A stretch of 64,000 bases of DNA, taken from contig CBDCWI010000001.1 of the NCBI GenBank assembly GCA_965223325.1, positions 1,280,001-1,344,000 on the forward strand, read 5' to 3'. This DNA is from Candidatus Multivoradales bacterium (GTDB lineage: Bacteria; Acidobacteriota; Thermoanaerobaculia; Multivoradales; Multivoraceae). Under the pieces are notes generated by a model. That model did not search any database, was not told the origin of the DNA, and worked only from the letters and a program-made list of their open reading frames with translations. Positions 1-9,238 of this stretch are shown piece after piece (positions within the stretch are counted from its first letter, which is position 1; each line of letters begins with the position of its first letter). The position numbers and the translations under genes were made by a program.

Positions 1-635
1 CCACGCGGTGTCAGGTACGGCGCGTCCGTTTCGACCAGGCACTGCTCGAGCGGAACCCTCCGCGCAGCCTCCTGCACATTCAGAGCCTTGCGATAGGTGA
101 GGATTCCGGCAAACGAAATCGGCCAACCCCAATCAACGAAGGGGTGAATGTCGTCGGGCTCACCCCCGAAGCAGTGCACCACCGCGCGCAGACCACGCGC
201 CGACGTTTCTAGAAGGGCCTCGGCTGCGGCGCTGTAGGCATCACGCAGGTGCAAGACGAGCGGCAGGTCCAAACGCAAAGCCAATCCGACATGGCGATCG
301 AGAAAGTCGCGCTGCACGGCAGGCGGAGCGTCGTCCCAGTAGAAGTCGAGCCCGGACTCCCCAACCGCCACTACCGCTTCTTCCTGGACGAGACTCTCGA
401 GATCCTGCCAATCGCCTGGATTCACCTTGTGGGTCTCGCAGGGGTGAACCCCAATGGCCGCATAGAGACCGTCTCTCTCGGAGACGAACTCGAGCACCTC
501 ATGCCACCCTCGCCGGTTGGTGCCCACCACCACCGCCCGATCGACGCCTGCAGCCTGGGCGCGCTCCCAGGCAGCTTCGGCGTCTTCACCGAGCTTCCCG
601 GACGTCAGGTGGCAATGGGTGTCAACGACTCGCAT
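1..635 (-). CDS. tatD: TatD family hydrolase/DNase (3' end runs off the window; not in ORF track)
   Basis: Manual minus-strand translation from ATG at 635 gives MRVVDTHCHL (DxHxH), later AVGESGLDFYWD, VVHCFGG and LVETDAPYL, all TatD motifs. Confidence 0.92.
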   Translation of the reverse strand, partial: MRVVDTHCHLTSGKLGEDAEAAWERAQAAGVDRAVVVGTNRRGWHEVLEFVSERDGLYAAIGVHPCETHKVNPGDWQDLESLVQEEAVVAVGESGLDFYWDDAPPAVQRDFLDRHVGLALRLDLPLVLHLRDAYSAAAEALLETSARGLRAVVHCFGGEPDDIHPFVDWGWPISFAGILTYRKALNVQEAARRVPLEQCLVETDAPYLTPR

Positions 636-784
636 GAGGTCATGAGTCTATTCCTGGCCCCGGGCCTCACAGGCCTTTGATAGGCACCGTCCAGGGACTA
701 GACTCCGACGGCAGGCGGAGAGGCCAAGGGCGCCACCGAACCCCGCTCGGACAGACACCATAGACCGAAAGGAAGCAAGCGAGC

Positions 785-2203
785 GTGTTGAAGCGTACCG
801 GCGCGGCCGGCAGGTTGCGAGGGGTTCCGGGAAATCACTCGGTCGCGGCACGTTGGTTCTTCAGCCTGGTGATCGCTGCCCTGGCGGTTGCCAGCTGCGG
901 CGGCGACCAGTCGAGCAAGCGCGCCGGGGAGCCAGACCAACGACCGACCCGGGCCGTTCTCATTGTCCTCGATACGGTGAGGGCAGATCGCTTATCGGCA
1001 TGCGGCCACTCCAGACCGACGTCGCCTTTCCTCGACGGGCTCTGGGAGAACGCCGACTACGCCACCTGTAACGCGTACTCGCCGGGCTCCTGGACCCTTC
1101 CGAGTCATGCCAGCTTCTTCACCGGTCTGCCTATCGAAGAGCACGGCGCGGTCTCGTCACCGTCAGGAGACAAGGGGTTCAGGTGGGGGGCTCGCTACGA
1201 CCCCCTGCGCGACGACTTCGAGACCCTCGCAGAGACCTTCGCACTGGCGGGGTTCCGTACGGTCCTGGTGAGCGCCAACCCGGTTGTCGGCCCTCCTTCA
1301 GGTCTGGCCCAGGGTTTCGAGCGCCAGGTCGTCGCCGAAGGATTCCTCAGCCTTCGGGGAGAGCGGCTGGCGGACGCCATCGACCGGGAACTCGAGGGCA
1401 TCGCGAGTACGGATGACCTTTTCCTGGTCGTCAACATAGCCGATGCCCACAATCCGTGGTCGAAGATACCGGTAGACCTCGGTTGGCTGGAGCCCGCACC
1501 GAGCCTCGGCATCCCAGCGGTGATCGACGCGTTTCGCATGCACGCCGAAGGGAGCCTGAGCGACGAACACTTCCAGAGGGCCAAACGGCACTACAGGGAC
1601 GTCTACGACTACGCAGTCTTCCGCGCCGACCAAACCCTGAGGGCGGTCTTCGAATCAATCGGCAAGGCCGGCGTCTTCACTGAGCACCACGACTGGCGAG
1701 TCGCCGTAACCTCCGACCACGGCGAGCTCTTGTTCGAGCACGACAACTTCGGCCACGGCGGTTCGCTCTGGGAGGGTGTCATGAGGGTCCCGCTGTTGTT
1801 CTTCTCCTCCCGCCCCGATGCGCCGCCGCAATACGCCGAGCCAGTGTCAGCGATCGAGGTGTATTCCTTCCTCCTCGGCCAGCGCCGAGAGCCAAGCCCG
1901 GTGACTGCAACTTCGAACTGGCGAACTCAAGTCATCGAACGCGGCGCCGATTACCCTCAGTTTCGCGAACGCTCCGCCGCCGTCTGGCTCGCCAATGGGC
2001 ACAAGGTCATCGAGACCAACGGCGTTCCGCGGCGCTACGACCTCGCGTCCGACCCCCTGGAGTCCCACCCCCTTCGCCAGGAAGTAGACGAACATGTCGA
2101 ACTGCTTCGGGCCATCCTGGCGCGGGCTGAGGAGACCCGCCAGTCTGGTGAGCACTCAGAGGACCTGCTGGAAAGCCTACGGGCGCTCGGCTACGTCGAC
2201 TAG
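785..2203 (+). CDS. Sulfatase-like hydrolase/transferase, probable lipoprotein (true start may be downstream)
   Basis: LAVASC lipobox-like; LDTVRAD; SWTLPSHASFFTG; TSDHGE; C-terminal LRALGYVD. Confidence 0.85.
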   Translation: MLKRTGAAGRLRGVPGNHSVAARWFFSLVIAALAVASCGGDQSSKRAGEPDQRPTRAVLIVLDTVRADRLSACGHSRPTSPFLDGLWENADYATCNAYSPGSWTLPSHASFFTGLPIEEHGAVSSPSGDKGFRWGARYDPLRDDFETLAETFALAGFRTVLVSANPVVGPPSGLAQGFERQVVAEGFLSLRGERLADAIDRELEGIASTDDLFLVVNIADAHNPWSKIPVDLGWLEPAPSLGIPAVIDAFRMHAEGSLSDEHFQRAKRHYRDVYDYAVFRADQTLRAVFESIGKAGVFTEHHDWRVAVTSDHGELLFEHDNFGHGGSLWEGVMRVPLLFFSSRPDAPPQYAEPVSAIEVYSFLLGQRREPSPVTATSNWRTQVIERGADYPQFRERSAAVWLANGHKVIETNGVPRRYDLASDPLESHPLRQEVDEHVELLRAILARAEETRQSGEHSEDLLESLRALGYVD

Positions 2204-2309
2204 CTCGCAGGTCGACTACCTGAGGCTTCGCCCTGGGTTGGAATCTGAATCCTCGCTACAGTTGGCGCGCTCGCCTGCTCGAACGCCGGCTGCGGACTCG
2301 CAGGCGGCG

Positions 2310-3083
2310 CTACCCCGCCTTGCGTTCGCGCTCGGCAGTGATCATCGGGCCGGTCAAACGGTCATGTGCATCGAGCGCCAGCCGGAGAATCGGTGCCGAC
2401 TGTTCGATGTCAGCCTTGTTGATGACCAGATCGATCTGGTGGCGGAAGGCCTGTTGACCGTCGAGGGAGGCGATGCTGTCGGCCACCATGACGATGAAAG
2501 TGCCGCGGCGCTTGGCGGGCGGCAGGACGTGCAAAGGGTTGAGGGTCGCCATGGCGTCTTTTCCGCCGCCCTCGACCCACACGATCAGCTCCGGCAGGAC
2601 GTCGTACTGTCCCAGTCGGTCCAATGACTCGAGTTCTGCGAGCTCAACGCCGTGCGGCTCGAGCGCCGCGATGAGCCGCGCGCAGCCTTCGGTGTCTTCC
2701 GCTACAACGACACCCGAGGGAAAAGTGCAGTCGGTCGGCAACTTGTAGCCCGGCGGCAGGAGGTCTGCCGGGGCGCTGGAGGTCGGCGGGTTGTCGACCG
2801 CAATGATCGGCCGCTCGAAGCCGTCGGCTGACTTCGAAGGGGCGGACTCTGGCGCCGCCGGTGCTGCGGGCCCGGGTACGGGCGCCTCTCCAGGCGCGGA
2901 GCCAGCCGGCGCCGGTGCAGCGGCCTGGCCGAGTTGCGCCAGTAGCCTGCTCTTCTCCACCGTCATGCGGGTCCCGCACTCGGGTGCCGGGCATTGCAGG
3001 GCGGCCGGCTGGTCGGGCAGTTTGTCGGTGTCGACCTGAACCGCCTGTTGGCAGCCGGGGCAACGCAGTTGGGCTAGAGGCAT
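2310..3083 (-). CDS. Zinc-ribbon protein with Pro/Ala linker and degenerate receiver-like C-terminal domain
   Basis: CPGC...CPAPEC; low-complexity PAPA linker; 9 nt downstream of the PilT-family gene on the same strand. Confidence 0.7.
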   Translation of the reverse strand: MPLAQLRCPGCQQAVQVDTDKLPDQPAALQCPAPECGTRMTVEKSRLLAQLGQAAAPAPAGSAPGEAPVPGPAAPAAPESAPSKSADGFERPIIAVDNPPTSSAPADLLPPGYKLPTDCTFPSGVVVAEDTEGCARLIAALEPHGVELAELESLDRLGQYDVLPELIVWVEGGGKDAMATLNPLHVLPPAKRRGTFIVMVADSIASLDGQQAFRHQIDLVINKADIEQSAPILRLALDAHDRLTGPMITAERERKAG

Positions 3084-3092
3084 TGCACTCTC

Positions 3093-4241
3093 CTACTCGG
3101 CAAACGACTCGCGTTCGGCGAGCTCAAAGGTGTCTTCTTGACCCGCAGAGCCCATCACGTCGGCGATCTGCAGGCGCAGGTTGGTGGGATTGGTCGCATA
3201 GGCCATGGCAGTGTCGATAGGGAGTTCCCTGGCGCGGATCAGGCGCTCGAACTCGCCGTCGAAGGTCTGCATGCCGTCCAGGGCCCCGTCGTTCATCGCG
3301 TCGAGAATGCTGCGGCCTTCGGCTTCACCCTTGAGGATGTACTCGCGGGTGCGCTGGGTCGACTTCAAGATTTCGAGCACCGCAATGCGACCGCCACCAG
3401 GTTTGGGCAGCAGCCGCTGGGAGATGACGTAGCGGAAGGCGGCTGAGAAGCGCCGGCGTACGAAGGCCTCCTGCTCCTTGGGAAACACGCCGAGGATACG
3501 TTCGACGGTCTTGGCGGCGTCGATGGTATGCAGGGTCGAGAGCACGAGATGGCCGGTCTCTGCCGCCTCCATCGCAATCTCGATCGTCTCGACATCGCGC
3601 ATCTCACCGATGAGGATGACCTTGGGCGCCTGGCGAAGGGCGGCGCGCAGCGCCAGTCCGAACGTTGAGGTGTCGACGCCCACCTCGCGCTGGTTGACGG
3701 TGCCGCGCTTGTGCGGATGGAAGTACTCCACCGGGTCTTCCAGGGTGACGATGTGGTAACCCTTGTCCATGTTGATCTTGTTGATCACCGCGGCGAGGGT
3801 GGTCGACTTGCCGGAACCGGTGGGTCCGGTCACCAGAACGATGCCGTTCTTGAGCTCGGCGATGTTGTTGATTTCTCCGGGCAGCTTGAGCTGCTCGACC
3901 GTCGGAACTTCGTTGGGAATGACGCGCATGACGATCGCGTGTTTGCCGCGCTGTCTGAAAATGTTGACGCGGAAGCGGTTGCGGCCGGTGATCTCGTAGC
4001 CGGCATCGGTCGAACCGGTTTCCACCAGCGTGCGGATGCGCGGCACATCGCCGTCGAGAATGTGGAGGGCGATGGTCTCGGTGTGGAACGCCGAAAGCGG
4101 TCCGAAACCGAGGTCAACCTCCTGAAGGTAGCCGTCGACCTCCATCTGAGGCATCTTGCCGGCCGAGAAGTTGAGATCTGAAACGCGGTCTTCCGCGTCC
4201 AACATGGCGCACAGAAGCGCATCGAAGTCGAAGTTCCTCAT
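3093..4241 (-). CDS. pilT: PilT/PilU family type IV pilus retraction ATPase
   Basis: RFRVNIFRQRG, Walker A GPTGSGKST, Asp box TLEDPVE, Walker B LIGEMRD, His box HLVLSTLH; lacks canonical AIRNLIRE, so it may be a paralog. Confidence 0.9.
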   Translation of the reverse strand: MRNFDFDALLCAMLDAEDRVSDLNFSAGKMPQMEVDGYLQEVDLGFGPLSAFHTETIALHILDGDVPRIRTLVETGSTDAGYEITGRNRFRVNIFRQRGKHAIVMRVIPNEVPTVEQLKLPGEINNIAELKNGIVLVTGPTGSGKSTTLAAVINKINMDKGYHIVTLEDPVEYFHPHKRGTVNQREVGVDTSTFGLALRAALRQAPKVILIGEMRDVETIEIAMEAAETGHLVLSTLHTIDAAKTVERILGVFPKEQEAFVRRRFSAAFRYVISQRLLPKPGGGRIAVLEILKSTQRTREYILKGEAEGRSILDAMNDGALDGMQTFDGEFERLIRARELPIDTAMAYATNPTNLRLQIADVMGSAGQEDTFELAERESFAE

Positions 4242-4338
4242 AACGCCGAAACCCTAGCACAGCTCTTTTTTCTAGCAAAACTAGTTTCGGCCTGTATCGC
4301 AGCGTGACAAAGGGCCAGGGGCGCTATCGTCCACACGA

Positions 4339-6165
4339 ATGCCCGAACCCCGGAACCACTCCGTCTCGACGGTCGAGCCGCGCTCCTTTCTCGCAATTCC
4401 CGCGGTAGCCTCTCTGACCGGAGGCCTCGCTGGCCTGGCGATCGCGGTCCTCACTCTTCGCCTCAATCCTGGCGCCGATGCGAGCATCGGCGACTCGGCG
4501 GCGCTCTTGGTCTGGCTGGCGCTTCTCTACGCCGTCGCAGCGGGGCTCGTTGCTTCGACGGTCGCGCTCGTGGCGGGTTGGCTCGTCCGTTCAGGCCGCT
4601 GGCGCACCCGGGTGCGAGGGGCATTGCTCGCCTGGGCGCTGATGCTGCCGCTCTTCTGGGTCTTCAGCCTGCCCGAGGTCGCCGGGCCCTTTGGGCCTCT
4701 GCTCTGGGCCGCGGAGGTCATCGGCCTCGCCCCTCTCGGCTGGCTTTTTGCGGTGCGCCTTCCCCCTGGTTTTCGCCGGGTCTTGACTCGGGTGGCTCTC
4801 CTTGCAGGCACGGCAATCGCCCTGACCTTTGTGGGCCGGGGATTGATGAGTTCGCAAGGCCCTGTCCTGGCGGAGCAAGACCCGGCCTCCAGAGAGAAGG
4901 GATCCCCCGCCTGGCCAGCCCAGGACCGAAGCGATGAAACTCCGGTCGTTCTCCTGTGCGTCGACGGCATGGACCCACAACTGCTCGAAGTCATGATGCG
5001 TTCGGGCGACATGCCGACCTTTTCGCGCCTCCTGGCCGAAGGCGCCTACGGGCCGCTGGCGACGCTCGAACCCACCCTCTCCCCGGCCGTCTGGACGACG
5101 ATCGTCACCGGGATGGATCCCGAAGTTCATGGCATCGAAGGCTTCGTCACCTCGCGCTTCCCCTTCATGAACAACTCGGTGCGTCGCTTTCCCATGCGCA
5201 CCGGCCTGAACTTCGAGCTCTTCGAACGGCTCGAGAAACTGCCAGGAGTGCCACATCTGCGAGCGCCCGTGATCGGCACGCTGCGCCGCGAGCCGGCGCT
5301 GTGGAATATCGCCGAGCACTACGACCCGGTGGGTGTGTGGTCGTGGCGGGTCACCCAACCGGTGGAAACGCTACGTGGCTTCATGCTGGCGGCACCGGTG
5401 ACGCTCTCGGAAACGCGGGCGCCGGCGGCTTCCCGTCGTCATCCGCAGGACCTTCTGCGCGGCATCGAGCGTGCGCCACGCCCGCCGGACAACCCTGACT
5501 TGTCGGCCTACCTGGCACCGGGCCAGGAGGCCGCGACGCTCGATCCAGAGAGTGTCGAGCTGCGCACCATCAAGCGCTCACTGGCTCGCGGCACCGCCTG
5601 GACAGTTCCCCGATTGATGGCGAAGTACGAGGCGCGGCTGGTGGTCTCGGCGTTCTACTCCGTCGACGCGTTCAACCACCTGTTCGGTACCCAGCACCAC
5701 GCGGGGAGCGGACAGTTTGCACCGGCACTCGGCGAGCGCTACCGCACGGTCGATCGGCGCCTCGCGGAGTTCCTCGCTGGAATCAGAGGCCCGGTCAACC
5801 TGATTCTGCTTTCGGACCACGGCTACGACTTCGAGCGCGACAATCATTCTTTCGCACCGCCAGGCTTCTTCCTGGCGCATGGTCCAGGGTTTCAGCGCGG
5901 GCGCAAGGTCAACGACCTGTCGGTGCGCGACGTCACACCGATGATCCTCTACCTGCTCGGCCTGCCAACCGCGGCCGACATGCCCCACGGCGAAAGTGAC
6001 TCCTGGCAGGCGCCGCTCGACCCGGCGTGGCTTCTGAGCCACCCGCCTCGGGTCATCCCGTCGTGGAGCTGGGTTGAGACATCTCGCTCAGCTGAGAAGG
6101 CGTCGGATCGCGAACGCGAGGAGCAGGTGCTCGAGGAGCTGCGGACGCTGGGCTACATCGAGTAG
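4339..6165 (+). CDS. Membrane-anchored alkaline phosphatase/nucleotide pyrophosphatase-phosphodiesterase family protein
   Basis: About 5 N-terminal hydrophobic helices; VDGMD; PTLSPAVWTTIVTG; LSDHGY; C-terminal LRTLGYIE. Confidence 0.82.
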   Translation: MPEPRNHSVSTVEPRSFLAIPAVASLTGGLAGLAIAVLTLRLNPGADASIGDSAALLVWLALLYAVAAGLVASTVALVAGWLVRSGRWRTRVRGALLAWALMLPLFWVFSLPEVAGPFGPLLWAAEVIGLAPLGWLFAVRLPPGFRRVLTRVALLAGTAIALTFVGRGLMSSQGPVLAEQDPASREKGSPAWPAQDRSDETPVVLLCVDGMDPQLLEVMMRSGDMPTFSRLLAEGAYGPLATLEPTLSPAVWTTIVTGMDPEVHGIEGFVTSRFPFMNNSVRRFPMRTGLNFELFERLEKLPGVPHLRAPVIGTLRREPALWNIAEHYDPVGVWSWRVTQPVETLRGFMLAAPVTLSETRAPAASRRHPQDLLRGIERAPRPPDNPDLSAYLAPGQEAATLDPESVELRTIKRSLARGTAWTVPRLMAKYEARLVVSAFYSVDAFNHLFGTQHHAGSGQFAPALGERYRTVDRRLAEFLAGIRGPVNLILLSDHGYDFERDNHSFAPPGFFLAHGPGFQRGRKVNDLSVRDVTPMILYLLGLPTAADMPHGESDSWQAPLDPAWLLSHPPRVIPSWSWVETSRSAEKASDREREEQVLEELRTLGYIE

Positions 6166-6247
6166 GCCGCCAGAGCCCCACACACCCGAGGCCCTCGTGA
6201 CAAGAGTAGGCAACCGAGCGATTCCGCTATAGCATCAAAAGCTACCC

Positions 6248-7957
6248 ATGCAAGTCATCAAGAGTCCCGAGGTCTACGACGTCGTCGTGGTCGGGTCGGG
6301 TGCGGGCGGCGGGACGACAGTCCAGGTCCTCACCCAGCTCGGCGTTCGCGTGCTGCTGCTTGAAGCCGGCGGCATGATCGACCCCCGCACCGACTTCAAA
6401 GAACATGTCTGGCCCTATGAGGTCGACCACCGCGGCGCCCACCCCGATGGCTCGCTCTACTTCGGTGAAGCACCCTATAGTTACTTCGCAGCGCCCAACG
6501 GTTTCTGGGACATCGAAGAAGAGCCCTTCACCATTGCGCCGGGCAGCGACTTCCGCTGGTTTCGCTCACGCGTCATTGGTGGGCGCACCAATCACTGGGG
6601 CCGCATCTCGCTGCGCTTTTCGGACTACGACTTCGCGCCCTGGTCGACCGACGGCCTCGGCTACGACTGGCCGATCTCCTATGAGGACGTCGCGCCCTAC
6701 TACGAGAAGGTCGAGCGCTTCATTGGCATGACCGGTTCGAAAGAGGGCCTACGCACCGCCCCGGACGGAGTTTTCCAGAAGCCGCCGGCTCCCAAGGTCC
6801 ACGAGCTGTTGATCAAACAAGCCTGTGATCGGTTGGGCATTCCCTGCATTCCGAATCGCCGCGCCGTCATCACCGAGCGCACCAACGGGCGCGCCGCCTG
6901 CCACTACTGCGGCCAGTGCGGGCGTGGTTGCAAGAGCGCCTCGAACTACTCGTCGTCAAACGTCCAGATCCTCCCGGCACTCGAAACCGGCAAACTCGAC
7001 ATCATCACCAACGCCATGGTGCGCGAGGTCATCGCCGACGACAACGCCCGAGTCAAAGCGGTGTCCTACATCGACAAGACCACCCGTACTGAGCAGCAGG
7101 TCCGGGCGCGTTCTGTCGTGTTGGCTGCCAGCGCCTGTGAAACAGCGCGCATTCTCCTGAACTCCAAATCGCCAGACTTTCCACGCGGTCTCGCCAACAA
7201 CTCTGGCGTCGTGGGGCGGTCGCTGATGGATACCGTCGGCTATGAGCTCTGGGCGCATGTCCCGTATCTTGAAGGCATGCCGCGCTACAACTCGGACGGC
7301 GCCGGCGGCGCGCACCTCTACATGCCGTGGTGGGAGTTCGACAAACCCAACAAGGACTTCCCACGCGGGTACCACATCGAGATCAGCGGCGGCTACGGCA
7401 TGCCGGGCCTCGGAAGTATGCAGGGCATCGCGCGTCGGCACGGTGGTTACGGCGCCGACCTCAAATCAGAGATCCGTCAGAAGTACGGCACTTTCATCAA
7501 TCTCGCCGGCCGCGGCGAAATGATCCCCAACCTGGGTTCGTACTGTGAGATCGACCCTGACACCACAGATGCGTGGGGCATTCCGGTTCTTCGCTTCCAC
7601 TGGCGCTGGAGCGACCACGAGTGGAAGCAGGCGCGCCACATGGAACGAACCTTTCGTGCCATCTACGCCGAAATGGGGGCCGAGGTCGGTGGCATCTCGA
7701 ACCCTGGCCGCGACGGCAAGGGCATCTCGGTGGGAGGTTCGATCATTCACGAGCTCGGCACCGTGCGCATGGGCGACGACCCGCGCTCGTCGGCGCTCAA
7801 CGGCTGGTCGCAAGCGCACGAGGTACCGAACCTTTTCGTCGCCGACGCTGCACCCTTCGTCAGTTGCCCCGATAAGAACCCGACGCTCACCATCCAGGCG
7901 CTCGCGTGGCGCACCGCCGAATACCTTGCCGAACAGTTGAGGACCCGCAATGTCTGA
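6248..7957 (+). CDS. GMC family FAD oxidoreductase (glycoside/gluconate dehydrogenase-like flavoprotein subunit)
   Basis: VVGSGAGG FAD motif; GGRTNHWG; Cys cluster CHYCGQCGRGC; HELGTVRMG; NPTLTI. Confidence 0.93.
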   Translation: MQVIKSPEVYDVVVVGSGAGGGTTVQVLTQLGVRVLLLEAGGMIDPRTDFKEHVWPYEVDHRGAHPDGSLYFGEAPYSYFAAPNGFWDIEEEPFTIAPGSDFRWFRSRVIGGRTNHWGRISLRFSDYDFAPWSTDGLGYDWPISYEDVAPYYEKVERFIGMTGSKEGLRTAPDGVFQKPPAPKVHELLIKQACDRLGIPCIPNRRAVITERTNGRAACHYCGQCGRGCKSASNYSSSNVQILPALETGKLDIITNAMVREVIADDNARVKAVSYIDKTTRTEQQVRARSVVLAASACETARILLNSKSPDFPRGLANNSGVVGRSLMDTVGYELWAHVPYLEGMPRYNSDGAGGAHLYMPWWEFDKPNKDFPRGYHIEISGGYGMPGLGSMQGIARRHGGYGADLKSEIRQKYGTFINLAGRGEMIPNLGSYCEIDPDTTDAWGIPVLRFHWRWSDHEWKQARHMERTFRAIYAEMGAEVGGISNPGRDGKGISVGGSIIHELGTVRMGDDPRSSALNGWSQAHEVPNLFVADAAPFVSCPDKNPTLTIQALAWRTAEYLAEQLRTRNV

Positions 7958-8717
7958 GCTCCCCATCGACCCTCGTTCCAAAGGTGCCGCCCGTCTCGGC
8001 CTGCGCGTTGTGCGCGGAGGAAAGAAGCCCCCCACTCGCCGCGACGTGATTCGCCGTGCGGCTCTCGGGCTGACTGCCTTTGGAGTTTCTTCGCTGCCAG
8101 GTCCCCTGGCGCACGAAGCCGCGGCTGCGGTGCACCGACTGGTCAACCAGGAGCAGGAAGATGACGGCTACCAGCCGCGAGCGTTTCTTCCGCACGAGTG
8201 GCGACTGCTGCGTACTCTCGCTGAGATGATCCTGCCGGCTGATGAGATCTCTGGCAGCGCAGTCGACGCAGGTGCGCCGGAGTTCATCGACCTCCTGGCG
8301 AGCGAGAACCCACGTCTCAAGCGCATCTTCACTTCTGGAATGCTGTGGCTCGAGCACGAAAGCAAGCGGCGCTTCAACGCGAACTTCACCGACGCCCCGT
8401 TGACAGAACGCCACGCCTTGCTCGGTGCTCTGGCCGACACGATCGCGCCCGAAGACCCGGGTTACCCCGGCTACATCGAGTCGATCGAGTACGCAGGTTT
8501 TCGCGACTACACCGGCGAGACCTGGAGCGACGACGCCCACGGTGTGGTGTTCTTCGGCTGGCTCAGGCGCCTGGTCGTCGATGCCTTCTACACCAGCCCA
8601 ATGGGAATCAAAGACGTGGGTTACGTCGGCAACACCTACGTCAAAGACTTCGAAGTGCCAAAGGAGTCGATCCGGTTCGCCGTCGACGGCAGCCCCTTCG
8701 ACGACGAACCGGCGTAG
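7950..8717 (+). CDS. Gluconate 2-dehydrogenase subunit 3 family protein (Tat-exported partner)
   Basis: Twin-arginine TRRDVIRR; ILPADE..GAVDAGAPEFID; AFYTSPMGIKDVGYVGN; overlaps the GMC stop. Confidence 0.88.
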   Translation: MSELPIDPRSKGAARLGLRVVRGGKKPPTRRDVIRRAALGLTAFGVSSLPGPLAHEAAAAVHRLVNQEQEDDGYQPRAFLPHEWRLLRTLAEMILPADEISGSAVDAGAPEFIDLLASENPRLKRIFTSGMLWLEHESKRRFNANFTDAPLTERHALLGALADTIAPEDPGYPGYIESIEYAGFRDYTGETWSDDAHGVVFFGWLRRLVVDAFYTSPMGIKDVGYVGNTYVKDFEVPKESIRFAVDGSPFDDEPA

Positions 8718-8745
8718 CGCCTGCTAAGAGACCGCCAGCTCGGAC

Positions 8746-9135
8746 TCAGCCGACAGCGACCACGGCGACGGCTTCGACTTCGATCAGAAGCTGCGGCTGG
8801 AAGAGCGCCTGGACGCCAACGACGGTGTGCGCCGGGGGCGCGTCGCTGTCGGTGAAAACCCCGCCGTAGCCGGCGAAAGCATCGCCGACCTTCTCGGGTG
8901 TGTAGTCGACGATGAACGTCACCAGCTTGACGACGTCTGCCGCCGAAGCACCGACCGCCGCCAGGCGCTTCGCCATCGAAGCGTAGAGATTCCGACTTTG
9001 CTCTGCCAATGATTCCCCTTCCCCGATTTGACCAGAGATGTAGATCGTCTTGACGCCGTTGGCTTCTACGCTCACTGCCTGGCTGTAGCCGGCCGGCATG
9101 ACTTCGTGGTGGACCTTGTCGAGTTGTGTGGTCAC
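8746..9135 (-). CDS. RidA/YjgF family protein
   Basis: GYSQAV, IYISGQI, DVVKL, PAHTVVGVQAL, LIEVEAVA; GTG at 9135 follows a GGGAG RBS. Confidence 0.88.
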   Translation of the reverse strand: MTTQLDKVHHEVMPAGYSQAVSVEANGVKTIYISGQIGEGESLAEQSRNLYASMAKRLAAVGASAADVVKLVTFIVDYTPEKVGDAFAGYGGVFTDSDAPPAHTVVGVQALFQPQLLIEVEAVAVVAVG

Positions 9136-9238
9136 AGAGACTCCCGCGATGGCCGCAACGTGGCCGCTCGAGGGGAATCCTCGCGGGCGCTCGGCGGCGA
9201 TCGGTTGTTGAAGATGCTGGCAGTGTAGCCGGGGGCCC

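Noticed and set aside
249-940. Short ORFs 249-680, 648-851 and 698-940
   Set aside because: They overlap tatD or the sulfatase gene on the opposite strand, or lack any motif or RBS.
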